Positions 7,652 through 8,707 of a stretch of DNA of 8,707 nucleotides are shown here, one piece after another. Below the pieces are notes generated by a model. The model made no database searches, was not told the DNA's origin, and saw only the letters and a program-made list of their open reading frames with translations. How positions within the stretch are numbered: position 1 is the stretch's first letter; each line of letters begins with the position of its first letter. The DNA comes from Zygophlyctis sp. KS116. Taxonomy: Eukaryota; Fungi; Chytridiomycota. The stretch covers positions 1 to 8,707 of the forward strand of contig BAAFSQ010000370.1 of assembly GCA_054661495.1 (NCBI GenBank), in the 5' to 3' direction. The position numbers and the translations under genes were made by a program.

Positions 7652-8668
7652 GTTTCAAATGATTCTTCATCTGTATCAACTGTCACCCCTCCGTTTTCCA
7701 CAAACTTTTTCAATCCTTGTTTAGAACAGTCATCTAGAGTCATTTGCCCAAACTTCCCTAATCTATACAAATCCAAGAAATACCCAGCAGCCTTTTCCAA
7801 ATCCAATTCCAAGTCTTTATCAGAATCAATATTTGGTATAGAATCTTTAAATAACGCCAAATCATATCCATCCCAATCCACTTTTCCAGCTTGTAAAATT
7901 TCCTTATTTCTAGCTGGATGCAGTAAATAAAATTTCTGATTTTGAGCAATTTCTTTTAAAATTTCATGAATGGAGTCTGACCATTGTTTCAATCCTAAAA
8001 TTTCATGCCTAAATCTTCTTAAAGTATTAAAAATACCATTTTTCTCTAAATCTAGAATTATTTAATCTAAAAACTAAATAATCCGCCACATGAATTTTAT
8101 CAAAAAGCGAATCTTTTGAACTTCCAGTCAGAGCAATCTTTAGTCCTTGTATAGGAGTAGAAATATAAGGATCAAAAATCCCTGGAGTATCAACCAAATA
8201 AATCAAAGGATCTAAATTTATCTTTACTCTAGTCTGAATCCTTTGAGTCACTCCTGCATTCGGACCTACTTTTGCCACTTTTTCTAAAAGTAATAAATTC
8301 CTTAGAGAATTAATTAAAGACGATTTCCCAACATTTGGCAACCCCACTACGACGACTGATAAATACGGATATCTAGTAGGATCAGACTTACATTTATCTA
8401 TTGCCACATCTAGAATCTGTTTTACAGAATTCTTTTTAAAAGAAGAAGTAAATAAAACCGATTCTCCCATGTCTGCAAACGCCTCTTTTACATTTTTGAT
8501 AGTATTTGTATTACACAGATCCATTTTATTGTAGACTATTAATCTTTTCTTTTTCAGAATCTGAGAGAATTTCGGATTAATACAACTTGTAGGAATTCTA
8601 GCATCTCTGACTTCTATAATGAAATCTATTGCATGCATTCCATTTTCCAACTGTTTTAGAGCATTTCC
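7648..8668 (-). CDS. MTG1: Mitochondrial ribosome-assembly GTPase Mtg1 (RbgA/YlqF circularly permuted GTPase), 5'-partial
   Basis: Minus-strand exons 8668-8037 and 8008-7648, joined by a 28-nt GT-AG intron (8036-8009). Permuted G4-G1-G2-G3 order: NKMD, GLPNVGKS, GVT, DTPG; also IEVRDARIP and C-terminal AAGYFLDLYRLGKFGQMTLD. The expected N-terminal WFPGH motif is absent, so the first exon(s) probably lie beyond the window. Confidence 0.9.
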
Positions 8669-8707
8669 CTAATGGATTAGTACTGACCAATGATTGGCTA
8701 TTGTCAA
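8669..8707 (-). other. 3' part of an upstream MTG1 intron running off the window edge
   Basis: Minus strand reads ...TACTAATCCATTAG|GGAAATGCT: branch-site-like TACTAAT (8682-8676) followed by a TAG acceptor in phase with the ORF. Confidence 0.6.

Noticed and set aside
7758-7949. Alternative-frame minus ORF of 63 aa
   Set aside because: Nested out of frame in the MTG1 last exon; no independent support.
7957-8007. 12-nt direct repeat TAAAATTTCATG (7957-7968, 7996-8007) encoding HEIL twice
   Set aside because: Two AT-rich copies within coding sequence; not CRISPR-like, and no element lies between them.
47-8668. Pseudogenes, frameshifted genes or an alternative genetic code explaining the broken ORFs
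   Set aside because: Every break is bounded by GT(GC)...AG and its removal restores frame and motifs. Gln is encoded by CAA/CAG and genes end in TAA/TAG, so ciliate-type stop reassignment is not needed.
8669-8687. 19-nt GT-AG intron at the 5' end of MTG1
   Set aside because: Shorter than all other introns, and it would join DNSQSL rather than the expected WFPGH-type motif. A longer intron leaving the window fits better.

Overview
AT-rich eukaryotic genomic DNA in the standard genetic code, most likely from a highly compacted early-diverging fungus (chytrid- or Rozella-like; this assignment is inference). The fragmented ORF track is explained by spliceosomal introns. By hand I resolve five housekeeping genes: a D-hexose-6-phosphate mutarotase (aldose-1-epimerase family), an epsin (ENTH + 2 UIM + polyQ + NPF), exocyst subunit Exo84, an oligopeptidase-B/PREPL-like S9A peptidase, and (minus strand, 5'-truncated) the Mtg1/RbgA-family GTPase. 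The architecture is the striking part. There are 29 complete introns, 27 of them only 23-32 nt (mode 25 nt), with degenerate signals, five AAG acceptors and one GC-AG intron. Intergenic spacers are only 70, 21 and 29 nt, two convergent genes share their stop codons in one TTAA, and CG-core motifs recur in the tiny spacers. No mobile element, RNA gene or CRISPR array was seen.
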